DNA from: Flavobacteriales bacterium DA487 | Lineage (GTDB): Bacteria; Bacteroidota; Bacteroidia; Flavobacteriales_D; Sanyastnellaceae | NCBI GenBank assembly: GCA_049334165.1 | Contig: JBEGHD010000001.1 | Reading direction: 5' to 3' (one strand) | Length of the DNA: 64,000 nucleotides | Part shown: piece by piece, positions 47,650 through 57,840 of the stretch | Position numbering within the stretch: the first letter of the stretch is position 1 | Layout: each line of letters starts with the position of its first letter | Made by a program: the position numbers and the translations under genes | Notes under the pieces: generated by a model | What the model was told of the DNA's origin: nothing | Seen by the model: only the letters and a program-made list of their open reading frames with translations | Database searches by the model: none

Positions 47650-48573
47650 ATGCAGAAACTCGTCTACGCTCTCTTTCTGTCGTTCCTTTTTGTGTGGGCT
47701 CCGGAAGCCGATGCCCAAAACGAAACCAGAGCCAAACAGCGCGATCTCTTTGTCGGACAGCCAAAGGCCAAGGTGGTGATCGTACCCTACGAAGGAAAAA
47801 TGCTGCTCAGCGACATCAATCGCGAGCTTGGAAGCGAACACGACATGACACTTCCAGAAATCAAGGACATCTTCCGCGAAGGACTCTGCCAAATGGTGGC
47901 CATGGAAGGAAGCAAGGAGTTCGACACGTTCGACATGATCAACTCTGGGGAAAAAGCAGTTTACCAGGACATTCAGTTTATCTTCAACAATCTGGGCTAT
48001 AAGTACACCGAAGTCCCTAAAAGTGCAGAGGAAGAAGAAGAGGAAAATGTGATTGACCGCATTGAAGAGAAGGTCGAAGAAAAACAAAATCCCAAGCAAA
48101 AAGGTCGAGGAGTTTACGTTGCCAAAGGTGAGATTCGCTCCAACTACGACAACCGCGAACGATTTATGGACGCGCGCATTCTCAAGCCAGAGCTGTTTGA
48201 GTACCTTCAGGAAACTTACGAAGCCGATTACTTCTTTTTCATCACTCAGCTCGATGTAAAAGTGATGCGCACACCGGAGATGCCCGAGTGGACTACTGCA
48301 GAGCGCAGGCTGAAAATGCACTATACCATTTTTGACGGGTCGGGCGAAAAAGTTGCGGGTTCGGCTTCATACGCCTATTTTGGACCCGAAGTAAAAGACA
48401 TCTTTCAGATCGTGAAAAATTACTTTCCGATTCTTGCAGAAGAAGCTCTGAAAAGCATTCCAACTGCGGAAGAGGAAGAAGAACAGAAGAGCACCGAGCA
48501 GCCCGATGAAGAACAAAAACAGGAAAGCTCGCCTTCTACAAGATTACTGGAAGACGATGACGATGATTTTTAA
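47650..48573 (+). CDS. hypothetical secreted protein with an acidic C-terminal tail
   Basis: Signal peptide MQKLVYALFLSFLFVWAPEADAQ; the C-terminus is E/D-rich. Confidence 0.5.
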   Translation: MQKLVYALFLSFLFVWAPEADAQNETRAKQRDLFVGQPKAKVVIVPYEGKMLLSDINRELGSEHDMTLPEIKDIFREGLCQMVAMEGSKEFDTFDMINSGEKAVYQDIQFIFNNLGYKYTEVPKSAEEEEEENVIDRIEEKVEEKQNPKQKGRGVYVAKGEIRSNYDNRERFMDARILKPELFEYLQETYEADYFFFITQLDVKVMRTPEMPEWTTAERRLKMHYTIFDGSGEKVAGSASYAYFGPEVKDIFQIVKNYFPILAEEALKSIPTAEEEEEQKSTEQPDEEQKQESSPSTRLLEDDDDDF

Positions 48574-48585
48574 CACAACCTGCTG

Positions 48586-49938
48586 ATGAACCTCGATGCT
48601 TACGTACTGGTAATTGCAGCGTCACTTATAGTGATTCTCTCTTACTTTTTCAATGTGATTTCCAAGAAAACGAACGTGCCCAGTGTGCTGCTGCTCATCG
48701 TGCTTGGTATCCTCATAAAACAAGGTGGAAAATACATCGGGCTGGACATTCCGGAGATGAATACCTTGCTCGAAGCCCTTGGCGCCATCGGGCTGATACT
48801 CATCGTTCTCGAAGCCGCCCTGGATCTGGAGCTTACCCGGGAGAAATGGCCCTTGATCTGGAAATCCTTCACGGTCGCTTTTGCATCGCTCATCATTTCT
48901 ACCGGAGCCATCGCTTTGGTGTTCTACAACTTTGTTTTCGAAGGCGAAGGAGCAGCCCTCTCTTCTGTGATTTACGCGATACCTCTTTCAGTGATGAGTA
49001 GTGCAATCATTATCCCCAGTGTAGGTGGGTTGCGCAAAGACAGAAAAGAGTTCATGGTTTACGAAGGAACATTTAGCGACATCCTGGGGATCATGTTTTT
49101 CTATTTTGTAACAGGTAACCAGGACGAGACAGCCGGAAACATTATACTCAACGTTTCGATAAACATCATCGCTACGCTGTTGCTCTCCTTTGTGGCCTGT
49201 TACATCATCATTTTCATTTTTCAGCGCATAAAGAGTCAGGTAAAGCTGTTCCTCATCATCGCCATACTCACACTTCTCTACGCAGTAGGTAAAAAAATTC
49301 ACCTTTCGTCACTGATCTTGATCCTGATTTTTGGATTGATGCTCAACAACTACAAGCTTTTCTTTAGAGGCAGGCTCAGGAAATTTATTGACGATGGGGT
49401 GCTGATTCGGATACTTCAAGACTTTCACCTGCTCACGCTCGAAAGTGCTTTTGTGATCCGAACATTTTTCTTTGTGATCTTTGGTGTTACCATCACACTG
49501 GCTTCCATCTTCAACTGGGAAGTGGTTTTCTACAGCATGGTTTTCACCACCATGCTCTACGTAATTCGACTCGTTTTCTTGCTGATCTTCCAAAAGGAAA
49601 ATGTCTTTCCTCTGCTCTACATCGCCCCTCGAGGTTTGATCACGATTCTCCTGTTCTTCGGAATTCCCGCTGAGCTGGCTACCGATGAGTTCGAACCCGG
49701 AATTTTGCTTTTCATGATTATCACCACGAATATCATCATGACTATTTCGCTGATTCAAACCGGCCTTGAAATTAAGCCCGTTCTTACTGACCACCAACCG
49801 TCTAGCAGCAAAAAGCAAAACGGCAAACAGAACGGTGATAACTCTGGAAAGTTAGAAAAGGGAGGAAATGGTGATAAAAAACCTGGAAGCCAAAGCGAAC
49901 CTGGAAATCAAAATGGCTCCAACCAACAACAGAGCTGA
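48586..49938 (+). CDS. monovalent cation:proton antiporter (CPA1/NhaP-like) with a low-complexity Gln/Asn/Gly-rich C-terminal tail
   Basis: 450 aa, 10-12 predicted TM helices; tail …QNGKQNGDNSGK…GNQNGSNQQQS. Confidence 0.7.
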   Translation: MNLDAYVLVIAASLIVILSYFFNVISKKTNVPSVLLLIVLGILIKQGGKYIGLDIPEMNTLLEALGAIGLILIVLEAALDLELTREKWPLIWKSFTVAFASLIISTGAIALVFYNFVFEGEGAALSSVIYAIPLSVMSSAIIIPSVGGLRKDRKEFMVYEGTFSDILGIMFFYFVTGNQDETAGNIILNVSINIIATLLLSFVACYIIIFIFQRIKSQVKLFLIIAILTLLYAVGKKIHLSSLILILIFGLMLNNYKLFFRGRLRKFIDDGVLIRILQDFHLLTLESAFVIRTFFFVIFGVTITLASIFNWEVVFYSMVFTTMLYVIRLVFLLIFQKENVFPLLYIAPRGLITILLFFGIPAELATDEFEPGILLFMIITTNIIMTISLIQTGLEIKPVLTDHQPSSSKKQNGKQNGDNSGKLEKGGNGDKKPGSQSEPGNQNGSNQQQS

Positions 49939-49957
49939 TTAAAAAAATCACACCGCC

Positions 49958-50311
49958 ATGAGCGAGGAAAACCTCATCGACTTAAACCATCTGAAAAACA
50001 TCAGCGGAGGTAACAGGGAATTCGTTTGTGAGATTTTGCAAATATTCGTGCTTCAAACTCCAGAGGAACTGGACAAGTTGCATTCTCACATTGAAAAGGA
50101 CGAGTTTGAAAAAATCGAGTACTACTCTCATAAGCTGAAATCGGCCGCAGATTCAATCGGTTTTGTAGAAGGCCAAATGCTTTTCAAACAAATCGAAGAC
50201 CATGCACATCAGAAAGCTGGCGATCAAATCCCGATGCTTTTCTCCAAAGTAAAAGAAACGTGCTCGCGTGCTTTCTCTCAGGTGGAAAAGGAGCTGGATT
50301 CGGGCGTGTAA
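49958..50311 (+). CDS. stand-alone Hpt (histidine phosphotransfer) domain protein
   Basis: …YSHKLKSAADSIGF… with the conserved phospho-accepting His in a four-helix-bundle-sized protein (117 aa). Confidence 0.7.
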   Translation: MSEENLIDLNHLKNISGGNREFVCEILQIFVLQTPEELDKLHSHIEKDEFEKIEYYSHKLKSAADSIGFVEGQMLFKQIEDHAHQKAGDQIPMLFSKVKETCSRAFSQVEKELDSGV

Positions 50312-50399
50312 GATTTCGCTTACACACCCCAAAGAGTGCTTCCTACCAGTGAACTTTCACTTTAGGACTTTATTTGTGTAAATAAATGAAAGCACAAAC

Positions 50400-50750
50400 A
50401 TGATTGACCTGCATCTTCTCACCAGAATTACGAGAGACGACTACTCGTTTTTGAGTATGATCAGTCAGAAAATCTGCAACAGCAACGACAAGTTCAGAGC
50501 ACAGTTTGATGCTGCCATGCAGGACAAGAACTGGAATCACTGCTACTTCCTTTTACTGGAGTTTTTCAAGAAAACATCGGCTTACAGCACCGGAAATTTT
50601 AAAAGTGCTGTACAAAATACGCTGGACACAGTGAAGATTTCGGACAGCAATGAATCCAGGAAAATGGCTTGTGAAAACATTCTTCAAAGAATTCAGGATG
50701 GCACCGATAATTTAAAATCGCGCTTCCCTTCTCCGACTGTTCAGGACTGA
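50400..50750 (+). CDS. hypothetical small protein (116 aa)
   Basis: ORF only. Confidence 0.4.
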   Translation: MIDLHLLTRITRDDYSFLSMISQKICNSNDKFRAQFDAAMQDKNWNHCYFLLLEFFKKTSAYSTGNFKSAVQNTLDTVKISDSNESRKMACENILQRIQDGTDNLKSRFPSPTVQD

Positions 50751-50752
50751 GA

Positions 50753-51856
50753 TCAACACAGTTCATAAACTTTGCCCGGCAGCGACCTCACAAGTCCATT
50801 GAATTCCATGTTTAGCAGTAGCGAACTCGTCTTGCTCATCGGAATTCCGCTTTCCACACTCAGCTCATCGATGGCCGACTTGCCCGACTGCAAAGCTTCA
50901 ACAATTCTCTCTTCCTCTTCTGTAAGATCGATGAACAGCTTTTGCTGATTTGACGATGGAGTTACACTTTCTCTGTTCCACCCCATCACGCGCATCACAT
51001 CGTCTGCAGATTGCACCAGCGAAGCTTTTTGTTCCTGAATGAGTCGATTGCACCCGATGGAGTAAGTGTCGCCCACTCTCCCTGGCAACGCCATCACATC
51101 GCGGCTGTAGGAGAAAGCAAGATTGGCTGTGATTAACGAACCTCCTTTGTGACCGGACTCCACTACCAAAACACCATCGGCCATGCCGGCAACTATTCTA
51201 TTTCTCTTTGGGAAATTCTGAGCATCGGGCTTTGTTCCTTTTCTAAACTCGCTGATCACACCTCCGTTTTTCATCATTTTTTCTGCCGTGCTCCTGTGCA
51301 GCGAAGGATAAAAACGATCGAGGCCATGACCAAGGCAGCCAATAGTTGGAAGATCATTTTTCAATGCGGACTTGTGCGCACAGATGTCGATCCCGTAAGC
51401 CATTCCGCTCACAATAGTAACGCCTGTGTCGGATAGATCACCAATTATTTTTTCGCACTCGTCAAGCCCATAAGGCGTGGCCCTACGTGTGCCAACGACT
51501 GAAAGCATCCGACCCGGATTCATCTTCAAATTGCCCTTTCCGTAGAGAACCAGCGGACTGTCCTGGCAATATTTTAGGCGATTTGGATACTCTTTGTCCA
51601 GGTAAAAGTAGATCGAGACTCCATTTTCTTCAGCAAAGTCAACCTCTTTCTGAGCTTCTTCCAGAAGGTCGTCATTAAATTCATCTTTGATCAGCTTGGC
51701 ACGAACTCCCTCGATTCCTTTAAATCCACTTTTCGAAGCTTCAAATACTTCTTTCACACCTCCGCAGTGCGAAACCAGTTTTCGCGCATTGATAGGACCG
51801 AGATTTTTGACAAGAGTGAGTGCTACTTTGTAGACAACATCTTCTGAATAGTTCAT
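50753..51856 (-). CDS. dprA: DNA-processing protein A
   Basis: DprA Rossmann-like core (…MAYGIDICAHKSAL…GCLGHGLDRFYP…). The start was chosen at MNYSEDV. Confidence 0.85.
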   Translation of the reverse strand: MNYSEDVVYKVALTLVKNLGPINARKLVSHCGGVKEVFEASKSGFKGIEGVRAKLIKDEFNDDLLEEAQKEVDFAEENGVSIYFYLDKEYPNRLKYCQDSPLVLYGKGNLKMNPGRMLSVVGTRRATPYGLDECEKIIGDLSDTGVTIVSGMAYGIDICAHKSALKNDLPTIGCLGHGLDRFYPSLHRSTAEKMMKNGGVISEFRKGTKPDAQNFPKRNRIVAGMADGVLVVESGHKGGSLITANLAFSYSRDVMALPGRVGDTYSIGCNRLIQEQKASLVQSADDVMRVMGWNRESVTPSSNQQKLFIDLTEEEERIVEALQSGKSAIDELSVESGIPMSKTSSLLLNMEFNGLVRSLPGKVYELC

Positions 51857-51963
51857 TTTCAAGTTGTTTGGCAATCTCAAAAATAGATAAAACGGCCATT
51901 GAACCAAAGCCATTCGGCAAACTGCTATTTTAGTATCATTGCATGTCTCCCGACCGAAGCGTT

Positions 51964-54381
51964 ATGAAAAAGCATCTCTGGCTCTCACTTTTCTTCTCGC
52001 TCATTTTTGCGATAGCTTCCAACGCGCAAGAAGTTTCGGGAATTGTCAAGTCTGCTGTTTCTGGTGAATCGCTCCCGGGTGTGACGGTCACTTCAAAATC
52101 GGGAAAAGGAACCTCTACCGATGCTGATGGTTTTTACCGGCTAGCACTAGACAGCGGCAAGCACACAGTCTCTTTTTCTTTCATCGGTTTTGAAAAAGTA
52201 ACTGAGAAAATTGCACTGGAGGTTGGCGAAACGCTTTCTCTCAACATTTCTTTGAATCCCTCTGCCGAGCTGCTCGAAATCGCTGTGGTATCTGCCGGAA
52301 AATTCGAGCAGGACCTCGAGGACCTCACTGTTTCGATGGAAGTTATAAAGCCCGACCTTATTCAAAATAAAAACACAACCGAGCTGCAAACTGTGATGCA
52401 GCAAACTCCGGGAGTGAGCATTGTGGATGGCGAGCCGCAAATCCGCAGTGGAAGTGGCTACAGCTTTGGAGCTGGCAGCAGGGTGCAGATTTTGGTCGAT
52501 GACCTACCCATCCTTTCGGGTGATGCCGGGCGACCGAGTTGGGGATTTTTACCGGTTGAAAATGTAGAGCAAATCGAAGTGGTGAAAGGAGCCTCTTCGG
52601 TACTTTACGGAAGCGCGGCCTTAAGTGGAGTAATCAACATTCGCACGAGTTTTCCCAGAGACACGGCCGTGACCAGAGTCCAGGTTTTTCAGGGAATTTA
52701 CAGCAACCCTCAAACTGAAGAAGCGGTCTACTGGGAGCGAAACCCGCTCAAGTCGGGAGTGAATTTTTTACATTCACAAAAGTTTGGAAACCTCGACCTC
52801 TCGGTGAGTGGTAATGCGCTGGTTGACGAAGGCTACCTCGGCCCGATTGAAGGTGATGGATCGGCCTACTCACCAGCAAACGTGAATCGCTACAATGGTG
52901 AATCGCGCATTCGCGGAAATTTGAAAATGCGCTATCGCTCGAAGAAAGTTGAAGGACTGAGTTACGGCCTCAACACGAGTTGGCTCAAGGGCGAATCGCT
53001 GGCCACCTTGATTTGGGAAAACAACAAAGAAGGACTTTACAGAGCTTACGATGGTTCGGCTACACGAACACGCCAGGTGGTTTCTTCGGTAGATCCTTTT
53101 GCAGAGCTGGTCACAGAAAATGGCAGCAAGCACTCACTCAACGGGAGGTGGTTTCAGCTCGACAACAACAACGACAACAATCAGGATAATTTTTCGGATG
53201 TCTACTACGGGGAATACCAGTATCAGCAGGACTTTGGAAGATTTGGAGTGAGCGACTTAAAAACCACTTTTGGCCTTGTCGGCATCCACACCGACAGTCG
53301 CGCAGAGCTCTACTCTGGAGGTGAAACGAACGGAGAAAATCAGTCGCAGAATTTCGCTTCTTACCTTCAGGTCGACAAAACTTTTTTCGACAGGCTGAAG
53401 ATTTCTGCCGGAGTTCGCTACGAGCATTTCAAAATTAACGACTCTGAAGAGGGAAAACCTGTCTTTCGGGCTGGAGCAAACTACAAACTCAGCAAGGCCA
53501 CATTTTTGCGAGCGAGCTACGGTCAGGGTTTTCGGTTCCCAACTATTGCCGAAAGATTTTTGCAAACCCAGGCGGGAGCCATTCGGATCTACCCCAACCC
53601 AGACCTGAAAGCAGAGACTTCCGAAAGTGTCGAGTTTGGAATAAAACAAGGGTTTAAAATTGGGCGGTTCAAAGGCTACCTTGATGCGGCCGTTTTCTAC
53701 CAACACTACCAAAATTTCATCGAATTCACGTTCGGCCCCTGGGGCCAGAACCCAACCCCTGAGAATATTTACGGACTCGGTTTTGCCAGTTTAAACACGG
53801 GAAATTCGGAGGTTAAAGGTGTAGACATCTCATTGCTCGGTGAGGGCAAAATCGGAAATGTAAATCTTCAAATGCTGGCTGGATACACCTACTCCCTGCC
53901 ACAAACACTTTCTCCTGAGCTTCCTTACAACGAAGAGGACGAGGTAAGTGTTTTCTATTACGCTCTCACCGGAAGCGCCACAGTGAACTACGAGTCATCG
54001 AGCTCAAACACGGATGACAATATTCTGAAGTACAGAATGCAGCATCTCGTTCGGGCCGACATTCAATTGTCGTGGAAAAAGTGGACCTTTGGAACGAGCT
54101 TCAGATACAACAGCTTTATGCAAAACATCGATCAGGTTTTTCTGGCTTTGGACGATCCCAACACTTTTGAGCAAGCTCAGGTGAACACTGGAATCACCGA
54201 GTGGCGAGAGAATCACGACAATGGCGACTACGTTTTTGACGGTCGTCTTTTGTTCAACATCAAACCCAACCAAATTGTGGGATTGATTGTGAGCAATGTG
54301 TTGAACAGAGAATACACCATCAGGCCGCTCGTTATCGAGGCTCCGAGAGAAACCACAATTCAATACACTCTAAAATTTTAG
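51964..54381 (+). CDS. TonB-dependent outer-membrane receptor with an N-terminal carboxypeptidase-regulatory-like domain
   Basis: Signal peptide, CarbopepD_reg-like segment (VSGIVKS…PGVTV…DADGFYRL), plug, and a beta-barrel ending in an aromatic residue (…LKF). Confidence 0.85.
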   Translation: MKKHLWLSLFFSLIFAIASNAQEVSGIVKSAVSGESLPGVTVTSKSGKGTSTDADGFYRLALDSGKHTVSFSFIGFEKVTEKIALEVGETLSLNISLNPSAELLEIAVVSAGKFEQDLEDLTVSMEVIKPDLIQNKNTTELQTVMQQTPGVSIVDGEPQIRSGSGYSFGAGSRVQILVDDLPILSGDAGRPSWGFLPVENVEQIEVVKGASSVLYGSAALSGVINIRTSFPRDTAVTRVQVFQGIYSNPQTEEAVYWERNPLKSGVNFLHSQKFGNLDLSVSGNALVDEGYLGPIEGDGSAYSPANVNRYNGESRIRGNLKMRYRSKKVEGLSYGLNTSWLKGESLATLIWENNKEGLYRAYDGSATRTRQVVSSVDPFAELVTENGSKHSLNGRWFQLDNNNDNNQDNFSDVYYGEYQYQQDFGRFGVSDLKTTFGLVGIHTDSRAELYSGGETNGENQSQNFASYLQVDKTFFDRLKISAGVRYEHFKINDSEEGKPVFRAGANYKLSKATFLRASYGQGFRFPTIAERFLQTQAGAIRIYPNPDLKAETSESVEFGIKQGFKIGRFKGYLDAAVFYQHYQNFIEFTFGPWGQNPTPENIYGLGFASLNTGNSEVKGVDISLLGEGKIGNVNLQMLAGYTYSLPQTLSPELPYNEEDEVSVFYYALTGSATVNYESSSSNTDDNILKYRMQHLVRADIQLSWKKWTFGTSFRYNSFMQNIDQVFLALDDPNTFEQAQVNTGITEWRENHDNGDYVFDGRLLFNIKPNQIVGLIVSNVLNREYTIRPLVIEAPRETTIQYTLKF

Positions 54382-54384
54382 TTC

Positions 54385-55137
54385 ATGAACATCATCGGAA
54401 TCATCCCAGCTCGCTTTGGCTCTACCCGTTTTCCCGGTAAGCCACTTGTCAAAATTGGAGGAAAGACCATGATTCAGCGAGTTTATGAGCAGGCTGAAAA
54501 ATCCGAAAAGCTGTCTGCAGTGCTAGTGGCAACCGACCACGAAGAGATCTATCAAACGGTAAAAGATTTTGGCGGCATGGCTGTGATGACAATTCCCGAA
54601 CATCCATCGGGCACCGATCGCTGCCTCGAAGCTGCCCGAAAATATTCTGAACCCGTGGACATCGTGATCAACATTCAGGGTGATGAACCATTCGTAAATC
54701 CCGCTCAGATAGATCAACTCGCTTCTTTGCTGGAGAAAGAACAAGTGGAAATCGGAACGCTCGTAAAGCCCATTTCAGACTCCGACACGTTGATCGACCC
54801 AAACAAAGTGAAGGTGGTTTTGGGAGCAAAAAATGAAGCGCTCTACTTTAGCCGAAGTGCAATTCCTTTTGTAAAAAACACTTCTTTAAAAGACTGGACC
54901 AAAAAACACACTTTCTACAAACACCTCGGGCTTTACGGTTATAAAATGGACACGCTCAACGAGATTTCTCACATGCAGCCAACAGCTCTAGAAGAAGCCG
55001 AAGGACTCGAACAATTGCGCTGGCTCGAAAATGGAAAGAAAATTTTCACCGCCATCACCCGCCACGAAAGCCTCTCAATCGACACACCCGAAGACCTGAA
55101 AAAAGCGGAACAACAGCTCACTGAAAATCCCGAGTGA
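54385..55137 (+). CDS. kdsB: 3-deoxy-manno-octulosonate cytidylyltransferase
   Basis: MNIIGIIPARFGSTRFPGKPL N-terminus; 250 aa. Confidence 0.9.
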   Translation: MNIIGIIPARFGSTRFPGKPLVKIGGKTMIQRVYEQAEKSEKLSAVLVATDHEEIYQTVKDFGGMAVMTIPEHPSGTDRCLEAARKYSEPVDIVINIQGDEPFVNPAQIDQLASLLEKEQVEIGTLVKPISDSDTLIDPNKVKVVLGAKNEALYFSRSAIPFVKNTSLKDWTKKHTFYKHLGLYGYKMDTLNEISHMQPTALEEAEGLEQLRWLENGKKIFTAITRHESLSIDTPEDLKKAEQQLTENPE

Positions 55138-55284
55138 AATTGCTAAGCTAAATCGTTAGAGCCGAAGAGAAAAGAACTTCCTCCAGCGAAAAAAGTGGAA
55201 AATTCTTTTAAGAATTACCTGTGATGACCTTTCTTTGAAGGCCCGATTTTTAACAACAAAATCGTATTTTAGCTACCGAAGCTT

Positions 55285-56382
55285 ATGGAAAGCAAAATTC
55301 TCGAAAATAGCATTGGCAATCTTCTATTCGATCACGACTGTGTGATCGTACCTGACTTTGGTGGGTTCGTGGTAAATTACAAGGCTGCACACATTCACCC
55401 AAAGCTCAACGTGATTGAGCCACCTTCGAAGCAAGTCACATTTAATCGTAACTTGGTCAACAACGATGCGTTGGTGGCGAACTACATCTCTCGCAAAGAA
55501 GAAATTTCGTACGAGGCGGCTTCGGCCTACCTGTCGAAATGTGTGAGAGAATACAAGCGTGCTCTTGCTGAAGGCAAGCGTCTGGAGATGGAAGGCATCG
55601 GGATTTTGTACAAAGACAAAACAGGCCGCTTACAATTTTTGCCAAGTCCGGACAACAACTTTTTGAAATCGTCTTACGGACTTTCTAAAATTTACCTTCA
55701 GCCTATTGAAGAAGAAAAAGCACCTGTAGCCGAGTCCAAAGTGATCAGTATGACTGAACCTAAAGACAGCCAAAAAGAAGAAACTACTGAAGAAGTGAGA
55801 TCTACTTCTCGCAGCAAGAAGTGGCGCATTGCCGCTGCTGCCGTGCTTATTCCGGCTGTGCTTATCGGTGGCTACATTGTGAAAGAATCGGGTTCTGGAA
55901 ACGGTCAACTCAACATCGCCAGCCTCAACCCTTTTAAAAATGCAGCGAGCCAACAGGCGGAGTACATTCCGAGAATCGAAGATGAAGACATTGTGTTCGA
56001 TTACGAAGGTGACTACAACAGCATCGAGAAAATTTCGTCTGAAATCGACAACATGCAGTCGATCTACTTTTCTTTTGTTGAAGATCGCGTTTCACCAGAC
56101 GGCATTCGCGTAAAGCTCGGTGAGAATTCATCTGCTGAAACTTCAAAAGCCTCACGTCTCAACATGTACTTCGTAGTTGGTGGAGCTTTCAGAGAAAAAG
56201 ACAATGCTGAAAACCTGGTAGACAAGCTGCGCATCAAAGGCTACGATGCTTCGATCTTTGGAAAAACAGGAAACCTCCACATGGTTTGCTACGGAAGCTT
56301 CACCACAAAAAATGCAGCGACCAGAGCGCTACGCGAAATCAAGCAATCTGAAAATCCATACGCCTGGCTAAAACGTCACTGA
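55285..56382 (+). CDS. HU-like N-domain / SPOR C-domain protein (septal-ring peptidoglycan binding)
   Basis: C-terminal about 75 aa has the SPOR-like pattern (…YFVVGGAFREKDNAENLVDKLRIKGYDA…); mid-protein TM helix. Confidence 0.6.
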   Translation: MESKILENSIGNLLFDHDCVIVPDFGGFVVNYKAAHIHPKLNVIEPPSKQVTFNRNLVNNDALVANYISRKEEISYEAASAYLSKCVREYKRALAEGKRLEMEGIGILYKDKTGRLQFLPSPDNNFLKSSYGLSKIYLQPIEEEKAPVAESKVISMTEPKDSQKEETTEEVRSTSRSKKWRIAAAAVLIPAVLIGGYIVKESGSGNGQLNIASLNPFKNAASQQAEYIPRIEDEDIVFDYEGDYNSIEKISSEIDNMQSIYFSFVEDRVSPDGIRVKLGENSSAETSKASRLNMYFVVGGAFREKDNAENLVDKLRIKGYDASIFGKTGNLHMVCYGSFTTKNAATRALREIKQSENPYAWLKRH

Positions 56383-56386
56383 TCGA

Positions 56387-57046
56387 ATGAGCAGACGACT
56401 GAGTGAACTCTCCCTTAAAGACATCGACACTATTATTTTTGATTTTGGAGGAGTCCTGTTCGATATCGACTACGACCTTCCCGTTAAAGCATTTCGCGAT
56501 TTTGGAGTTCCCGGTTTCGATGAGCTCTACAAACAATCCAAACAAAGCGATTTATTCGACCTACTGGAGACAGGAAAAATCAGTCAGAGCGACTTTTTGA
56601 ACGAACTCCGAAGAATTCTTAAAACTGAGCTTCCAGACGAAAAGCTACTCGAAGCCTGGAACGTGATCTTGCTCGACATTCCAAAGGAGCGCATCGACCA
56701 CATCTACAAGTTGAAGGAGCAATTTCAAACACTGCTGCTCAGCAACACAAATGCTATCCACGTAGAAGTTTTTGAAAAGCGCATTGACGAAAAAATGGGG
56801 CTCGATTATTTTTACGGGGCTTTTGAAAAAGTCTACTACTCCAATCAAATCGGCATCAGAAAGCCTCACCCAGAAACCTTTCTGGAGATCTGCAAATGGC
56901 ACAAGCTAAATCCTTCGAGAACCCTTTTCATAGACGATTCTAAACAGCACGTAGAAGGCGCCAGGGAAGCCGGTTTGCAAGCCTATCACCTCGAAGTTGA
57001 CAAAGAGGACATACGCGAACTGGGCCGGGAGATAGTGCATCAGTAA
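56387..57046 (+). CDS. HAD-superfamily hydrolase
   Basis: DxD motif I (IIFDFGGVL), motif III lysine, motif IV (FIDDS). Confidence 0.8.
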   Translation: MSRRLSELSLKDIDTIIFDFGGVLFDIDYDLPVKAFRDFGVPGFDELYKQSKQSDLFDLLETGKISQSDFLNELRRILKTELPDEKLLEAWNVILLDIPKERIDHIYKLKEQFQTLLLSNTNAIHVEVFEKRIDEKMGLDYFYGAFEKVYYSNQIGIRKPHPETFLEICKWHKLNPSRTLFIDDSKQHVEGAREAGLQAYHLEVDKEDIRELGREIVHQ

Positions 57047-57240
57047 CTCTCTTTTTTTTTTATTCTCTTTTCAGCGAGAAAGAACCAGCTGTTCACATTT
57101 AAGAAACTTTTCGATAACTATTATACGAGAACATCTGTTTTGGAACGCTCTGACAAAGTTGAATTTATGTAGTCTGGCGAATTGTAAAGCTGGAGAGATT
57201 TGTTTAAAATTGGTTTGTAAAACAACACCTTTCCAAACCC

Positions 57241-57840
57241 TTGTCCGACTCAAAATTCGACCCGTCCAATTCAGCAGACCGACTCGCCAGAGGATTTGCC
57301 AACAACGATGCGCAAGTGCTCGAAGAAATCTATTTGAAGAATTTTCCAACGGTGAGAAATTACATTTTGAAAAATAACGGCACTGAAGACGATGCGAAAG
57401 ATATTTATCAGGAGGCTGTGATTCATGCCTGGATAAATGCCAGAGACGGGAAATTCAAGCCGCAGTCAAATATTGCCCCTGGTGCTTACATCTACCAGAT
57501 CGCGAGGCACAAGTGGCTCGACAAGCTGAAGTCGAAAAAGCATCGCACCACAGTGAGACTAGCTGAAGAAGAGAGTCATCGCCTGGCTGAAGAAGAAATT
57601 GAGCAACTGGAAAATCGCCAACAACGAATCGATTATTCGCTTCAGCTCTACAATGAGCTCGGAAATCAATGCAAGCAGGTTTTGAAGATGTTCTACTTCG
57701 AAAAACGAAATCTAAATGAAATTGCCAGCGAGTTAGAAAAAGAGCCCGGCAGCATTCGAACGATCAAATACCGATGCATGATGAAGTTGAGAAACCTGCA
57801 CCAGGACATGCAGAAAAAGGAAGGAAAACGGAATGAGTGA
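57241..57840 (+). CDS. ECF-family RNA polymerase sigma factor (sigma-70 regions 2 and 4)
   Basis: …IYQEAVIHAW… region 2 and …IASELEKEPGSIRTIKYRCMMKLR… region 4 HTH. Apparent TTG start. Confidence 0.75.
   Translation: MSDSKFDPSNSADRLARGFANNDAQVLEEIYLKNFPTVRNYILKNNGTEDDAKDIYQEAVIHAWINARDGKFKPQSNIAPGAYIYQIARHKWLDKLKSKKHRTTVRLAEEESHRLAEEEIEQLENRQQRIDYSLQLYNELGNQCKQVLKMFYFEKRNLNEIASELEKEPGSIRTIKYRCMMKLRNLHQDMQKKEGKRNE

Noticed and set aside
47626-48321. 231-aa minus-strand ORF overlapping the 47650-48573 plus-strand ORF
   Set aside because: The plus-strand ORF has a clean signal peptide and is followed 13 bp later by a co-oriented antiporter gene. The minus-strand ORF has F/H/V-rich antisense-type composition.
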